From: Macrostomum lignano
Lineage: Eukaryota
Direction: 5' to 3'
NCBI GenBank assembly: GCA_002269645.1
Contig: NIVC01002520.1
Location: 62,001 to 126,000, forward strand
Length of the DNA: 64,000 bases
Shown here: one piece after another, positions 25,101-39,790 of the stretch
Layout: every line of letters starts with the position of its first letter
How positions within the stretch are numbered: the first letter of the stretch is position 1
Notes under the pieces: model-generated
Told to the model about the DNA's origin: nothing
The model's input: the letters and a program-made list of their open reading frames with translations, nothing else
Databases searched by the model: none
Position numbers and translations under genes: made by a program

Positions 25101-26489
25101 GATCCTATCAGTTCCCACAGGGTCGTAAAAAGATGACAGGTGCGGCCATAAATCACTCAAAATCGCAACAAAATGATTTATGACTTTTCGCGTAGGATTG
25201 ACAGAAATTAATGAAAAAATATACATTAGAAAGCTCTTATTAAATAGAAAGTGAAGATAATGAAGAGAAATCGCTAATCGCTAATCCCAAGGTACTTTTA
25301 GGGGTAAAACGCATAGCTGTCAAAGCTGTCACACGCTTGAGTGAATCCGAACAATAGGCTCTGACCTCATAAATCTTGATGGCCTGTCAAAATGATGAGA
25401 AAAAAGCTACCGCCCGCATCCTCTCAGACCATCTGGCGCCCGCTTCAACACTGAGTGAGGCGCAGGTGGCTGTCAGATCAGCTTCGAAAGCGATGATTTA
25501 TGACCCAAAAAGCTGCGCCTATGTTATTATGACTACTAGTATGGCCAGACATTATATCTAGTATAGATTCTATGAAAATTCGCAGAAAAAGGATAAAAAT
25601 GCCCACTGCCCACTGTTAGTAGGCAAGTAAGTTTAGAGCCCATGTGCTAGCGCGGGATTTGGGAAAAAGTGCGTCCTCATCAATTACATGCAAAAAATTG
25701 GTGGAGGAGCCGATCCGGATGTCCAAGGCGGAGAGAGCGGTCCGCAGCCAAGGTGGAAGCCACGTGGAGACCATTCTAAAACAAATATGATAAAGGCCAC
25801 ATAATTTTACATGTAGATCGATCCTATCTCAACACAGCATGCGTATCCAGTTTGGGGGGCCGTCATAATAAACAAGTACATGTAACTGGCTGGGCTGCAA
25901 TCAGGGGTGTTCTTGCCAAGACTACACCGCGGTCGATAAAGGATAGGTCATCAGTGTCGAGACCAGAAATTTCTTCGCTGTCAATGTTCGCGTAATTAAT
26001 CATGGTGTCTCCTGCCGTAGTTGTTGCTTGTTGCTTTTGTTGCAGATGGAAATTGAAGTCACTTCGAAAGACAACATTTCTGCTCTGACGGCTTGCTAAA
26101 GTCTGACAAGAATCAATCAGACTGTTAAAGTTTTGACCATAGACAAACCATATGGGCCATAGACGAAACAATATAGGGGCTAGAATGAGAAGACGAGGGC
26201 CAATATGCCAATATTGATGTGCTGCAGAGGGCAGAAGCGAGCTATAATGCCGAGGAGTGTTAGCACATTTTGGCCCGATGCAGCACATCCAGTATTAGTG
26301 TTATAAAGTTAGCGGTGCGAGAAACCGCGTTTCACGGCCCGCTGAGACTGTCTATGGTAAAATCTAAGAAATTTTATGTAGCCAAAAAACTCCTTATTTT
26401 GTGAATCGAAAATAGTAACTGATACTAAGCATTATTAAGCAGTAATAAGGTTTATTTTCGAAATATACAAGTTGTAAAAACATTAACTA

Positions 26490-26760
26490 GATTAGAACTA
26501 GCCTAGACTAGACTAGACATAAGCGCGCTTGTATGCCTGCTCAGGGGAGTCGGCGGAATGGGCAGCAATGCCTCTCGCCGGTTGTGTGCCTATGTCGCTA
26601 AAGTGTGCCAGGGTGCACACAACCCCCCTGCCTCTAATAATAATAGACTAGTTTAAATACTAAACTAGATTAGCACTAGACTAGACTAGACTAGGCTAGG
26701 CTAGACTAGACATAAACTAGACTAGATATAAACTAGACTAGATCAGAACTAGACTATAAG
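26490..26760. repeat. Interrupted (ACTAG)n simple repeat
   Basis: Runs of CTAGACTAGACTAG at both ends of a short GC-rich insert. Confidence 0.8.
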
Positions 26761-27480
26761 ATTTAGTATATTGTGATTATATTTCAAATCCGATTGGATT
26801 TGACTTGAACCCACTGGAAAAACCCTTCGGGAAAATCTCGACGGGAAAACTCTCGCGGTAAATTCTCGTAGAGCCGTTGCAGGTTACTGCATCAAATTAG
26901 CAACTGGTTTAGTTAGTGAGACGGCATTGTGAGCAATATAATGTGTCTCAATTAGTATAAAGCCAGTAAAAAAGATTTTGAAGAGATCGATTTTATCAAA
27001 CAAGTTTGCTGGTAAATTTAAATTTACGATTTCTTGCTGATGTGGCCATTCCCGCCCGCAGGAAGCAAAGTAATTTTTACCAAACGTACACTGCATCAGC
27101 CTATGATTACGGGATATAGAGAATAGAATGGGGGTTCTTGAATCCGCGGCGGCAACGGCTCTCGCTAAAACAAAAAAAAATTGATGCGATGAGTTGCCCT
27201 GTGTTTCTTTCTCTTGCACGTCCTGCAGCGCGCAGTCTCTCTGAGCTCAGCGAGGCCTCCCACCCCCAAATTCAGCTCTCCTATCGTTCTGTTGCCAAGG
27301 GGAAGCTCTATGGAGCGGAGAAGGGGGATGGGAGCGCTGGGGGCCCATGGGGGGCTGAAGCAGAAAGTTGCTCTTGGCTTCTGCCAGCAGTGCGAGGGCC
27401 GCGGGGAGGTCCTCATGGTCCTCTCACCTCATCCACCCGACAAACTGCTGGCTGGCTACCCCCACTCTACCTCTCCAATG

Positions 27481-27494
27481 GTTGCCATGGAAAC
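27481..27494. promoter_or_regulatory. RFX X-box motif
   Basis: GTTGCCATGGAAAC, about 200 bp upstream of the caveolin-like gene 1 ATG. Confidence 0.65.
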
Positions 27495-27678
27495 CGCGGC
27501 GTCCCAGCCTCTACACCAACCCCGCCGCCACCTCCGCTTCACGGATGGGGATAAAACCCCGGCCGCCGAGGCGACAGGAGGGCTCCCATTCACTTGCTGG
27601 AGGTAGGCAAAGCCCCATTAGTAGAACTTAATCTGCAAAGTTTGCACCTGTTGCACAGTGGCTGAGACAAAGAGCCTA

Positions 27679-28174
27679 ATGACTGAGATCGATCTTGTCA
27701 ACCGCGATCCCAATGGAATCAACTCCGGGATCCAGGTGAGATTTCGAATACTATTGACATTTTCAAAATAAAAAAAGATCGCTTTAGACAACAAGACTAC
27801 TCACGCTTTTTTCGACTCAAATCTTAAATTTCCAGGTGAAATTCGAGGATGTTCTGGCCGAGCCGGATGGCGCGCACTCCATGGACTGCGTGTGGCAGAA
27901 CAGCTACAAGTGCTACACCTGCGGCCTGTCGCTGTCCTACAAGATCGCCACCCTGCTGTGCGGCATCTTCATCGCACTGCACTGGGGCTGCACTTTCGGC
28001 TGCTTGGCCTTCAACCAAATCTGGATGATCACGCCTAAGTGCAAGGTGTTCGAGATCCAGATGTCCTGCTTCAGGCGTTTCTTCACCACGATCTTGGAGT
28101 GCTGCCTGGGCCCGTGCTGCGCCACCTGCGGCATGTTCTTCAGCAACATCACCGTCACGAACAAGTCGGGCTGA
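27679..28174 (+). CDS. Caveolin-like protein 1, 2 coding exons (27679-27735, 27836-28174), 131 aa
   Basis: MTEIDLVNRDPNGINSGIQ|VKFEDVLAEPDGAHSMDCVW carries the caveolin DLxNRDP and FEDV(I/L)AEP signatures, followed by a hydrophobic hairpin. Phase-0 GT-AG intron. Probable 56-nt 5'UTR intron at 27603-27658. Confidence 0.92.
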
Positions 28175-28885
28175 TTTCAATAGTCCAGCTCTCCTGGGCA
28201 CTCAGCAACTGTGCAACAAGGAACTGAAGTTTAGCAAAGTTGAACAATGCTTTAAGTTGACTTTATCGATAAATAACAATATGCATATAAAATTACTGTT
28301 TTTTATTGTGTTCGATTCCGCTAAAAAACTGTTTTGATTTTATTTTCCCAAAGTTTTCCTTAAGTTTATTTTCATCTGAATAATAGATTTGGAAGGATTC
28401 ACTGACGCCCAAACTTTTTCTTTGCAAATCTCTCACTTATAAAATAAACTGCGTTTTTTGCCAGTTTCTTATTTTCCCAGCCCTCCAGCGAAGAAAGTTA
28501 TATTTGTTATATCTATTTGGTAAAACAATACTGCGGACCACTGAAAATCGGCTCAGTGATTCCTGCAGATGGCCTTATTATTAGTGTGCTTGCTTAACCC
28601 TTTGTGCACCGCTTTCAGGTAGACAAGCGAACCATTTGGCAGAAATTTTAATACCGCCCTGTTTTCTGTCGATACGCGCACCATAATCTTCATCTTTTTC
28701 TGTCCCATGCAACAGCCGGGACCTGCAAGCTGACTGTTCGACTCGAAAAGGGTGACCATTTTTACAGTGTTCAATACAAACAATATAACGAACTGGATTG
28801 CTGTCTTGCTGTGTTAAATTCTCTAATTCTCAACAAGGATATACTCCATTGGATGGATAGATACCGGTAGATGGATAGAAAAATG

Positions 28886-29049
<164 letters not shown>

Positions 29050-29362
29050 TATGGAGGAACTCATCTATGGAGGCTTTGTGGGATTAGAGGAGGAACTCAG
29101 GTCGCACAAGAAAAAGATTTCAAAAATTAAATACTTAGGATCTTTCAATCTAATTTTAATCTCAGGTAAAACATTAGTAAGCAAAAGACTTAGACAGCTG
29201 CTGATGGAGAACAGGGAGAGAGCTGCTGCTTGGAAGAAGCGCCATTGTTTACCATCCTCTGCGCTCCCAGCCTCTCCGGTTTCCAAGGCTCCGTTTGAGA
29301 GACGTGGAGGGGAGGGGAGGTCGGTTGGAGGAAGGCAGGGGTCGCGCACGGAGGAATCCAGG

Positions 29363-29376
29363 GTTGCCTTGGAGAC
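29363..29376. promoter_or_regulatory. RFX X-box-like motif
   Basis: GTTGCCTTGGAGAC. Confidence 0.4.
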
Positions 29377-29658
29377 CGGGGAGAGATGTCGGGGGAGACA
29401 AGCAAAGTGAGGACGGAGAGTTGAACATTTCCCCCCCCCCTTAGTAACCCTCCCTCAGAGAAAAACAAAAGATACGCTTTCCCCCCTTCCTCCATTGTGG
29501 GCTATTCATTGTCGAAATGCTTTGTACAGAAATAGCCGTATATTCTAGCAGGGGATATAATTAGGGAAGAGCTTGTTTCAAAAGCACGTTGTACATTGCA
29601 CAGCTGCGGCTGCTGCTGGGAGGCTTCCAAATCATTTCTTTCCTAAGCCCTCTATCCC

Positions 29659-29673
29659 GTTGCCCTTGGCAAC
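29659..29673. promoter_or_regulatory. RFX X-box-like motif (palindromic half sites)
   Basis: GTTGCCCTTGGCAAC. Confidence 0.55.
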
Positions 29674-29854
29674 CGAAACTTAAGAGAAGCTTTAGCTGCA
29701 ATATGGGGTTGGGAATGCTTGTATTCCCGTAGTCTCAGCTGAGGCCAGAAATTTCTATAGGAAATTCATAGGCGCTTTTTGTAGTGCATTTATTGCTGGT
29801 GTTCTGGGAGGCACTCTAAAGAGAGACCAGTCAATCATTATTAAGTTTTGTGTT

Positions 29855-30690
29855 GGCCCAATTCGAGTGTCAGGGGTGTCAGGGGGACTGGCGCCAGCTC
29901 GGGTGTCAGAGGGACTGGCGCCAGCTCGGGTGTCAAGGGGGACTGGCGGCAATTCCGGTGTCAAGGAGGACTGGCGGCAATTTGGGTGTCAGGGGGACTG
30001 GCGCCAATTCGGGTGTCAAGGGGGACTGGCGCCAATTCGGGTGTCAAGAGGAATGGCGCCAATTCGGTTGTTAGGGGGGACTGGCGCCAATTCCGGTGTC
30101 AGGGAGGACTGGCGCCAATTTGGGTGTCAGGAAGGACTGGCGCCAATTCGGGTGTTAGGGGGGACTGGCACCAATTCGGTTGTTAGGGGGGACTGGCGCC
30201 AACTCGGGTGTCAGAAGGACTGGCGCCAATTTGGGTGTCATGGGGGACTGGCACCAATTCGGGTGTTAGGGGGGACTGGCGCCAACTCGGGTGTCAGAAG
30301 GAATGGCGCCAATTCCGGTGTCAAGGGGGACTGGCGCCAATTCCGGTGTCAAGGGGGACTGGCGCCAATTCGGGTGTCAGGGAGGACTGGCGCCAATTCG
30401 GGTGTCAGGAAGGACTGGCGCCAATTCGGGTGTCAGGGGGGACTGGCGCCAATTCGGGTGTTAGGGGGGACTGGCCCCAATTCGGCTGTCAGAAGGAATG
30501 GCGCCAATTCGGGTGTCAGGAGGACTGGCGCCAATTCGGGTGTCAGGGGGGACTGGCGCCAATTCGGGTGTCAGAGGGGACTGGCGCCAATTTGGATGTC
30601 AGGGGGGACTGGCGCCAATTCGGGTGTCAGGGGGGACTGGCGCCAATTCGGGTGTCAGGGGGACTGGCGCCAATTCCAGTGTCAGGAATA
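29855..30690. repeat. About 28-bp GC-rich minisatellite, about 30 copies
   Basis: GGACTGGCGCCAATTCGGGTGTCAGGGG, period 28 (30552, 30580, 30608). Confidence 0.95.
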
Positions 30691-31161
30691 GGCGTCAGGT
30701 CCTTTCGCCTTTAGCTCCGGAAGTGGCCGGGATTATTTCCCAATTTCTAGCTAATAATGCTCAACAATATAACCCAAACACTATTATATTACCCTTCAGT
30801 CCAAGTCACAAGGCAGCTGTAATTGTTGAGTAACTAATCGAAAAGTACATGCGGCAACAAAAAGGAACAAAGCAAATAAAGAGCCCAAAGAGCAAAGGAA
30901 GAAATGCAATATTGTTGGGAGTGAGACCTGGAGCTTAAGGCAGAGAGAGCCCTGCTTAGCCGTGTAAGGGAAAGGATGAAGGCGAACGCGCTATGCAAAC
31001 AGGTCCTCGGGCCTCCAGAGCCTATTAAGTCAACCAAAAAGTCATATTTCCAAAACCATAAGGTATTGGTCATTGACATGGGAGTGGACGCTTGCTGCAC
31101 CGTCAAGGCTTAATTCCACTTCTTCCCCCAACCGCCCCCCCACAGAATCAGCCCAGCTAGC

Positions 31162-31175
31162 GTTGCCATGGAAAC
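31162..31175. promoter_or_regulatory. RFX X-box motif
   Basis: GTTGCCATGGAAAC, identical to 27481, about 770 bp upstream of the caveolin-like gene 2 ATG. Confidence 0.6.
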
Positions 31176-31942
31176 CACCCAGCTCGCTATATGTAGAAAG
31201 CTCCAACTCCAACCTGCATTGAGCCAGTCCTATAGTCTCTTTCTGGAGAGGGATGGGAGCCGCGCATAGGGTTGAGCACGCGAAGATAGTATCCCATTGT
31301 TCTGAGTCTGCTTCTGGGAAGGCTTCCGCACAGGACAGGAAAAGCAGTGGAAGCGGAGTTCAACTGGGGATAGGGGTATGGCCAAGGTGATCCTGATCGA
31401 GAATTTGGAGCAACCAACTATGCTTTGTATTTTTTGCAAGAGTTGTCACTCCAGACTCTCGTTCTATAGGCCTCCTTGGTCAGGCAGCTTATGATTTTGA
31501 GTAAGACAAGGCGAGAAGTAATCAGTTAGGAAAGTGACAGAGCGGCACCGGATGAGTTGCCTAGCAGCCGTCTGTTGTATACTGAATTATACAGTTGAAG
31601 GCTTTGAACAAAGGGACTGGCACACAATAGGCCTGTGTGCGTAGACTTTTTTATTTACTTATATACAGGTGCGTGCAGTTGCAGCTGTGGAGATTTTGGG
31701 AAAGTGCAATACAACCTGTTTGAATTTGTGGCTGGCTGAGGCCACCTCCGAAGTGCAGAAGTTGCACTTAAGGAAAGACATTGAATGATTGAGAAATGGG
31801 TGCGCCATGAGGTTAGAGAGCAAATAAAGTTTAGGACAGGGCTGGGATTAATTCATATATTCTTTAAGATTGACTTAACGGCCTGCTTACCGAAAGCCCT
31901 AAACAGCTTCAACTCGGTTCTCAATTCTTTTGAAATCAGATA

Positions 31943-32720
<778 letters not shown>

Positions 32721-33095
32721 TCTTCTTTTCGGGATCGCTATAGTCTTTGGGAAAATTTCGACTTGCTATCTGATCAAGCTTAGGCAATTTGGTTGGTTTT
32801 CAATACTTGGTTTCTTGAAAATTATCTTTGTTTTCCGAAATTCCCGTGAAATACATGTAGATGACCTGATAAACTTTATAAGACGGGCAACGCCATTTAT
32901 CTGTTGTTTTTTATCAACCTTGCGTAAAATGGTTGCTATAGTCAAGATAAGTTACTGTTATTTCTAGTAGTGATGCTGAAATTGTTGGAAATATTTATTT
33001 CAAATGTAAAATTAATATTATTTTCAACCGTCTTGCAATAAATAATAAATAAGACAGCTCGACGAGTATACGTAAGATAAACCTAAAAAAGTATA

Positions 33096-33167
33096 TTCCC
33101 TGACCGGGAGTCGAACCCGGGCCGCCTGGGTGAGAGCCAGGAATCCTAACCGCTAGACCATCAGGGA
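33096..33167 (-). tRNA. tRNA-Glu (CTC)
   Basis: Minus: TCCCTGATGGTCTAGCGGTTAGGATTCCTGGCTCTCACCCAGGCGGCCCGGGTTCGACTCCCGGTCAGGGAA. Paired acceptor stem, CCTGG/CCAGG anticodon stem with CTC, GTTCGAC T-loop, and a T6 terminator at 33085-33090. Confidence 0.97.
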
Positions 33168-33479
33168 CTTATTGAACTGCTGGCTCTAACATTAGACTTG
33201 TTGCTATCTGGGAAAATCCTCTGCTTTTGGGGGCATCGTGTTAGCAGTGAAATATGCATGTCCCACTCCGAGCTTCCATTGATAAGAATTGTTCCTGTGA
33301 AGTTGACTTGCTGCCAAGCGATATTAGCAGTACTGTTCTCGCATTTCTGATAGCTTGCCTTTAAGATTTGAGTTCTGAGCCTGAGGTTCCAAGCATAAAT
33401 AGTTCGTTTGTTTATACTTGAGAATGCCAAAATAGCTGACTCTCTCCTATTATAGCTCGCACTCGTATCATTGAATTCA

Positions 33480-34335
33480 AAGCAACTTGAGTTCCAAGCA
33501 ACTTGAGTTCCAAGCAACTTGAGTTCCAAGCAACTTGAGTTCCAAGCAACTTGAGTTCCAAGCAACTTGAGTTCCAAGCAACTTGAGTTCCAAGCAACTT
33601 GAGTTCCAAGCAACTTGAGTTCCAAGCAACTTGAGTTCCAAGCAACTTGAGTTCCAAGCAACTTGAGTTCCAAGCAACTTGAGTTCCAAGCAACTTGAGT
33701 TCCAAGCAACTTGAGTTCCAAGCAACTTGAGTTCCAAGCAACTTGAGTTCCAAGCAACTTGAGTTCCAAGCAACTTGAGTTCCAAGCAACTTGAGTTCCA
33801 AGCAACTTGAGTTCCAAGCAACTTGAGTTCCAAGCAACTTGAGTTCCAAGCAACTTGAGTTCCAAGCAACTTGAGTTCCAAGCAACTTGAGTTCCAAGCA
33901 ACTTGAGTTCCAAGCAACTTGAGTTCCAAGCAACTTGAGTTCCAAGCAACTTGAGTTCCAAGCAACTTGAGTTCCAAGCAACTTGAGTTCCAAGCAACTT
34001 GAGTTCCAAGCAACTTGAGTTCCAAGCAACTTGAGTTCCAAGCAACTTGAGTTCCAAGCAACTTGAGTTCCAAGCAACTTGAGTTCCAAGCAACTTGAGT
34101 TCCAAGCAACTTGAGTTCCAAGCAACTTGAGTTCCAAGCAACTTGAGTTCCAAGCAACTTGAGTTCCAAGCAACTTGAGTTCCAAGCAACTTGAGTTCCA
34201 AGCAACTTGAGTTCCAAGCAACTTGAGTTCCAAGCAACTTGAGTTCCAATCAACTTGAGTTCCAAGCAACTTGAGTTCCAAGCAACTTGAGTTCCAAGCA
34301 ACTTGAGTTCCAAGCAACTTGCGTTCCAAGCAGCT
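33480..34335. repeat. Near-perfect 16-bp tandem array (GAGTTCCAAGCAACTT), about 53 copies
   Basis: Directly visible. I saw only two variant units (near 34249 and 34322). Confidence 0.98.
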
Positions 34336-34820
34336 TAAGTTTTAGCTGTCATGTCTATCTATAGCTACTTGTCTAAACGCATCTTTCCCCAAGTTCACTA
34401 CGAGTAGACATTTGAAAATTTTAAGAAGACATTCGGGTTGCTTTGGATTTAGTACGAAGCTTGATCTTAGCACTGCACATAGCCTTGTCACTATTGTATT
34501 TAAAAAAACAAATTCTGACCTAATTGTCATAACTTTAGTTGATGGACTGTTCACTCCAGTTGCAGCATAAATTTACGTGCATCTGCTACAAGAATACATG
34601 CATGCACGATGTATCAACAACAACAAGAAGAATAATTAAAAACACTTTTGGTGTTTTCATGATGAACACATGCTGTGGATGAATTCTGAATCCACTCAAA
34701 TAATTCTATTCGAGTTAAAACAGAGAAGTACAAGTCCTGTGCTGTATGACTAACCTATTCTAATGGAGTACAAAAACTACTTATTGTGAACTTCATTCGA
34801 TTTTAAATTTTGATTTCAAG

Positions 34821-36535
<1,715 letters not shown>

Positions 36536-38138
36536 GGCTAAGCTTGATTAATTTTGCTCTGACACAGTAGAATGTTAGCTTTTTTGCGGTACAGCAACGG
36601 GGGAAGTTTTGGCTCGCCCGATTTCTATCTGATCTGCTTGCTTTTATGGAATCGAGGATTCCGCAGTTCCGGTCGTTGTTCGCCTCTCTGCACTTTGTAC
36701 AGCAGGTACAGTTTGGCATAACTTTTACTATGGCCAGTTCTTGGAATTCGCGTACAGGGTTCGAAAGGAAGGAGCTGGGTTCATCACTGCAGTATTCCTT
36801 CGTCCTGGATCCTCCTGGCTAAATCAGGATAGAAGATTTTTGCGGCACAAGGGGGTGAGACAAAAGACAGACAGGCAAAGGAGAGAGATGAAAATCGATT
36901 GGGACCAAAAGTACAAGCGTTCCAAATGAACAGTGCTTTTTACTGTAGCCGTCTGTTTCTGTTTTCAGCTTTGTTGGGTGTAACATCCTGTAACTGTATA
37001 TACTACTGTGTTCTCTCAGCTGCTGTCTGATTCTGGAGATTTTTTCAATGCATCATAATCTTCTCAATTTACTGCTTTTATAATTAAAAATCTAGCTTGT
37101 TCCTTTAAGGTTGTTGATACCTTATTTCATCAGCACCCGTTGATAAAAAAACAGCTGAGTCCAGCCTAGCTGCAAACTGAGAGGTACGATCGAGGCCCAG
37201 AGCCTGCTGCAAATCAGAGAGATAAGTCAGTCAGAGTGTTGCAGCGAGCCTGGCCAAGGCGGAGTCTCCCACAAGACGGGCTGAGCAGCAGGTCGGCGAG
37301 CGGGCGCCCCCGTGCATGCAGGGCACGGAGGCATGCAGTGACTGATCAACAAGTAGTCTGATGTCGCCTCTGCATGGTATATAGGGTGCGGCCAACGGCT
37401 CGGTGTTGCTCAGCCGCTTGCTAAATCGGATGCCCAGGGTGTTCCGCAGGAGTTGGCGATGACAGTCACGCGAACAGCCTCCAGCCCGTTAGGTCAGCAG
37501 CGTCTCAACTTCCGAGCGGAATAGGGCGACCCAGGCTGTCGGTGGCGAGCCGGCAGTTAATAAAAATGGAGCGAAGAAGGTTGGGAGGCCCACACGCCAG
37601 CTGGTTGTAGTTGTTGGCAATGGCATTCATTGTCAACCATCGAAAATGGCAATACATATAACCCAATGGATGGCATGTCCGAATCTACGAGTACATTCGA
37701 AATAGCATTATTGGTCGAATGTTTAATAAATAAGCTTGAATGAAAGAAAATCATTTTTACGGTTAACAAAATCTCTCTTTTAATGTGTGAATGAGTACTC
37801 GTATTCTTGGAATTCTTGGCCACTTCACAGATTGGCAACATTTGCTAGCTGTAAACGGCCACGTTGGAAGGCGTGCGGAAAATTTGCTAGAAAGAGACTC
37901 GCACAGCTCGACCACGTGCTACTTCGCCAGCGAGAACGACGACGAGTGACTAATTGCGATGCAGTGGCATCGTTGGCAGTGCGGTCAGACCATATAGGCT
38001 GCTCTACTGCGACCTGCGCCTGAGGGACCCGCTATATCGACCACCGAAAAAACAGCCAAGGCGCTACTTCCGCACCCAAATAAGCAGGTAAAATTGGTGT
38101 TATTAATATCGACTACGTTAATTGAGATGTCTCGGCGG

Positions 38139-38409
38139 CCCGCATAGCAAAATTACGTATCCAATAGAAAGTGGGACGTCTCCGATGCGTAACTTTTTTG
38201 GTTGCAGGAACGTCCTTGATACGTATCCAATTTTTATGATCCTCTAAAGAAGCAGCTCGTTTCTACAAAAATGGTAAACAGATAATGCTTGTAATTTTAT
38301 TGATTATTTATATTGGATACGTAATTTTGCTATAGCAGTACCAAAAAAGTTACGTACATGTATCGGAGACGTCCCACTTTCTATTGGATACGTAATTTTG
38401 CTATGCGGG
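38139..38409. mobile_element. 271-bp MITE with long TIRs and a 3-bp TSD (CGG)
   Basis: CCCGCATAGCAAAATTACGTATCCAATAGAAAGTGGGACGTCTCCGAT matches its reverse complement ending at 38409. Flanks are cgg|CCC and GGG|cgg. Subterminal copies of TTGGATACGTAATTTTGCTAT inside. Confidence 0.85.
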
Positions 38410-39790
38410 CGGGCCGCGGTGCTAACGGCTAATTAAAATGAATAAATAAGTAGACGCTAAAGGTTTCAAATAAAGTAGTAACTACAAGAAAAGAGAGAGA
38501 GAGAGCGAGGGGGGAAAGGGGGTTGACAAAACACACAAAATGAGCATCAATATATATATTGTATTAAAACGCTACATTCGGCTGGTCCATTAGAGGAAAT
38601 AATCGAAGCACGCACAAAGACCAGTCGCTGTAAAATTAGCAAAAGCATAGAGTTAAAGGGGATACGAAGAATAATCAGCAACGGGAAAACAGCTATTACG
38701 CAAGGGGAGAACGGCAATCCTATCACGGGACGGAAAAAGTGGCGAAATGCTGTCCCGGCAAGGGAGAGCAGTTCCGGAAAATGTTCACGTAAATGTGTGA
38801 GCAAAATTAAAAGAATATTAAGAATTTATTACGCAAAATTTATTAACTCAAATTACTGAAGGGGCAGCTGCCTGCCACAATAACGTAGTGGTCTGGGTTC
38901 CGTTATTGCGAGACAGTTAATGATGTGAGATTAGTTACTTTGTGTACAAAGAATACCGTGCTGGCTGACTATATGCTGCTTTTTTGGTGCTGTTAATGTT
39001 AGGCCTAGTGTAAATTGTAAAATTTTAAGAGAAAGAATGTAGCCTAAGACAGTTTAACAATGTAATGGCATGGTATGAAGTGGTAGGCCTATGAATGGAA
39101 ATAGATCAAATATTTTATACAGGGTAGGCTATAATGATAGGGGCCTAGGTAGTCTAAAGCTCAATGAAGAAACATGAGTAAATTAGGGCCTACTAGGCCT
39201 AGTATAGGCCTATGTCTATATCTGAGAGAGGCCCGGCCTACTACTACTACTAGATCTGAGTACTATATTTAGGCCAGGGCCTAAATAATTGTATAGATGA
39301 TAGGGCCTACACAATATAGTGACGAGCCTCTACTTATATATGTTACGGTTTGGGAGTCCATAGCGAAGTAATTTGTCCACAGACAGACAGACGGAGTTTT
39401 GATTTTTATAGGCCTAGGTAGAGATTTAGTATTAGGCAGGGACTCCAGTAAGATTTTGAAAGTTATTTTAATTTCTTTAATAAATATCATTTGCCTAAGT
39501 AAAAATATACCCTACTTTTGAAAATTGGTCAAGTAATAAAAAAATTACAAAAAAATTGGTATCCTAAAATAGGCTGCTATTATACTATAGGGTCTCCAAT
39601 CTACACTCTACAGTTGTACTAAGCTTTTGAAAGCTTGAAAGATTTTAGAAGCAAAAAGCAAATTGCATAACATAAATATTAGAAATTTAAGTCATTTGAT
39701 GCAAAAAGTTTTGCAACTTTTATTATTTGACCAATTTTTAAAGACAAAAGTAAGGTGTCTTTATTTAGGCAATTAAGATTTATCAAAAAA

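Noticed and set aside
33161-34329. Long ORFs of repeated ELKLLGTQVAWNSSCL in all three minus frames
   Set aside because: Artefact of a stop-free 16-bp tandem unit. All frames give the same peptide, and there is no splice or start context.
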